Positions 31,498 through 32,000 of a DNA stretch of 32,000 nt are shown one piece after another. Both the position numbers and the translations under genes were made by a program. This DNA comes from Oscillospiraceae bacterium (GTDB lineage Bacteria > Bacillota > Clostridia > Oscillospirales > Ruminococcaceae). The stretch spans positions 153,992-185,991 of the forward strand of contig JAGOPP010000001.1 of the NCBI GenBank assembly GCA_017991935.1, read 5' to 3'. Within the stretch, counting starts at the first letter, position 1. The number at the start of each line of letters is the position of its first letter. The notes below the pieces were generated by a model. The model made no database searches. It had not been told where the DNA came from and saw nothing but the letters and a program-made list of their open reading frames with translations.

Positions 31498-32000
31498 GTG
31501 AAGGGTGATCTCCATTGCCACAGCTTTTATTCCGACGGTTCGGCGTCCGTCGACCAAGTCATGCGCTTTGCGGCGGCGGAGGGGCTTGATTTCCTCTCGC
31601 TGACCGACCACGACACGATGGCCGGCGTCGAGCGCGCCGCCGATCTCGGCAGGCGTCTGGGTATCCGCGTGATCCCGGGCCTCGAGATCTCCGCCGTCGA
31701 CGAGGAGACCGGCCGCAACGCCCACCTGACCTGCTATCTGCCCAAGCGGACAGACAAGCTCGAAAAATTCGTCCAGAGGACGCTCGATTCCCGCAACGAG
31801 GCCGCCCGCCCGCTGGTGGAGGAGATCGGCAGGAGCTTCCCGATCACGTGGAAAGACGTCGTGGAGGCGGCCGGGCCGGCGAAATGCATCTTCCGCCAGC
31901 ACATCATGCGCGCGCTGATGGAGCGCGGCTATTCCTACGAGATTTTCGGAGATTTTTATAAAGAGGTCTTCGGCCGCATCCCGTATTCCGTCCGGTTCCC
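31498..32000 (+). CDS. PHP-domain metal-dependent phosphoesterase, N-terminal part (runs off the right edge)
   Basis: Not in the ORF track (no stop in window). GTG at 31498 sits 7 nt after GGAGGGGG. My translation is VKGDLHCHSFYSDGSASVDQVMRFAAAEGLDFLSLTDHDTMAGVERA..IPGLEISAVDEETGRNAHLTCY.., which carries the PHP motifs HxH, DH and E. Confidence 0.85.
   Translation, partial: MKGDLHCHSFYSDGSASVDQVMRFAAAEGLDFLSLTDHDTMAGVERAADLGRRLGIRVIPGLEISAVDEETGRNAHLTCYLPKRTDKLEKFVQRTLDSRNEAARPLVEEIGRSFPITWKDVVEAAGPAKCIFRQHIMRALMERGYSYEIFGDFYKEVFGRIPYSVRF

Overview
This is a GC-rich segment with strong G/C third-position bias. It looks like core chromosome of a spore-forming Firmicute of Clostridia type. The lineage markers are a Prp-processed L27, the yabP-yabQ-divIC-yabR cluster and DnaD/DnaI-type helicase loaders. 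I call 35 protein-coding genes (two cut by the window edges) and one tRNA-Gly(GCC). I also call a set of near-consensus sigma-A promoters and intrinsic terminators that match the gene boundaries.

Gene content is almost entirely housekeeping:
- Carbohydrate metabolism: glgP.
- Division and sporulation: zapA, maf, yabP, yabQ, divIC, yabR.
- Nucleotide and replication functions: dut, pcrA, ssb, DnaD-like and DnaI/DnaC-like loaders, and a PHP phosphoesterase.
- Translation: asnS, rplU-prp-rpmA, obg, mrnC, hpf, rpsF-ssb-rpsR, prfB, tRNA-Gly.
- Envelope: an MscS-type channel, lgt, and a polysaccharide deacetylase.
- Other enzymes: an aminotransferase, an M16 peptidase pair, an amidohydrolase, a HAD-IIB hydrolase and a GNAT.

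I found no integrase, transposase, CRISPR array, rRNA, toxin-antitoxin pair or recognisable defence gene. I therefore cannot support a novel multi-gene system in this window.

The most unusual items are small-scale:
- An orphan 63-codon Asn/Gln/Pro-rich ORF with its own Shine-Dalgarno (SD) sequence and terminator, just upstream of yabP.
- A solo RING-like zinc-finger / zinc-ribbon / DUF2628-like membrane protein.
- A perfect 56-bp direct duplication of the 3' end of the HAD gene.
- A yabQ frame that reads 155-200 nt into divIC.
- Several orphan hairpins and repeats in intergenic spacers.

Many long ORFs in the supplied track are antisense or alternative-frame shadows typical of GC-rich DNA, and I rejected them.
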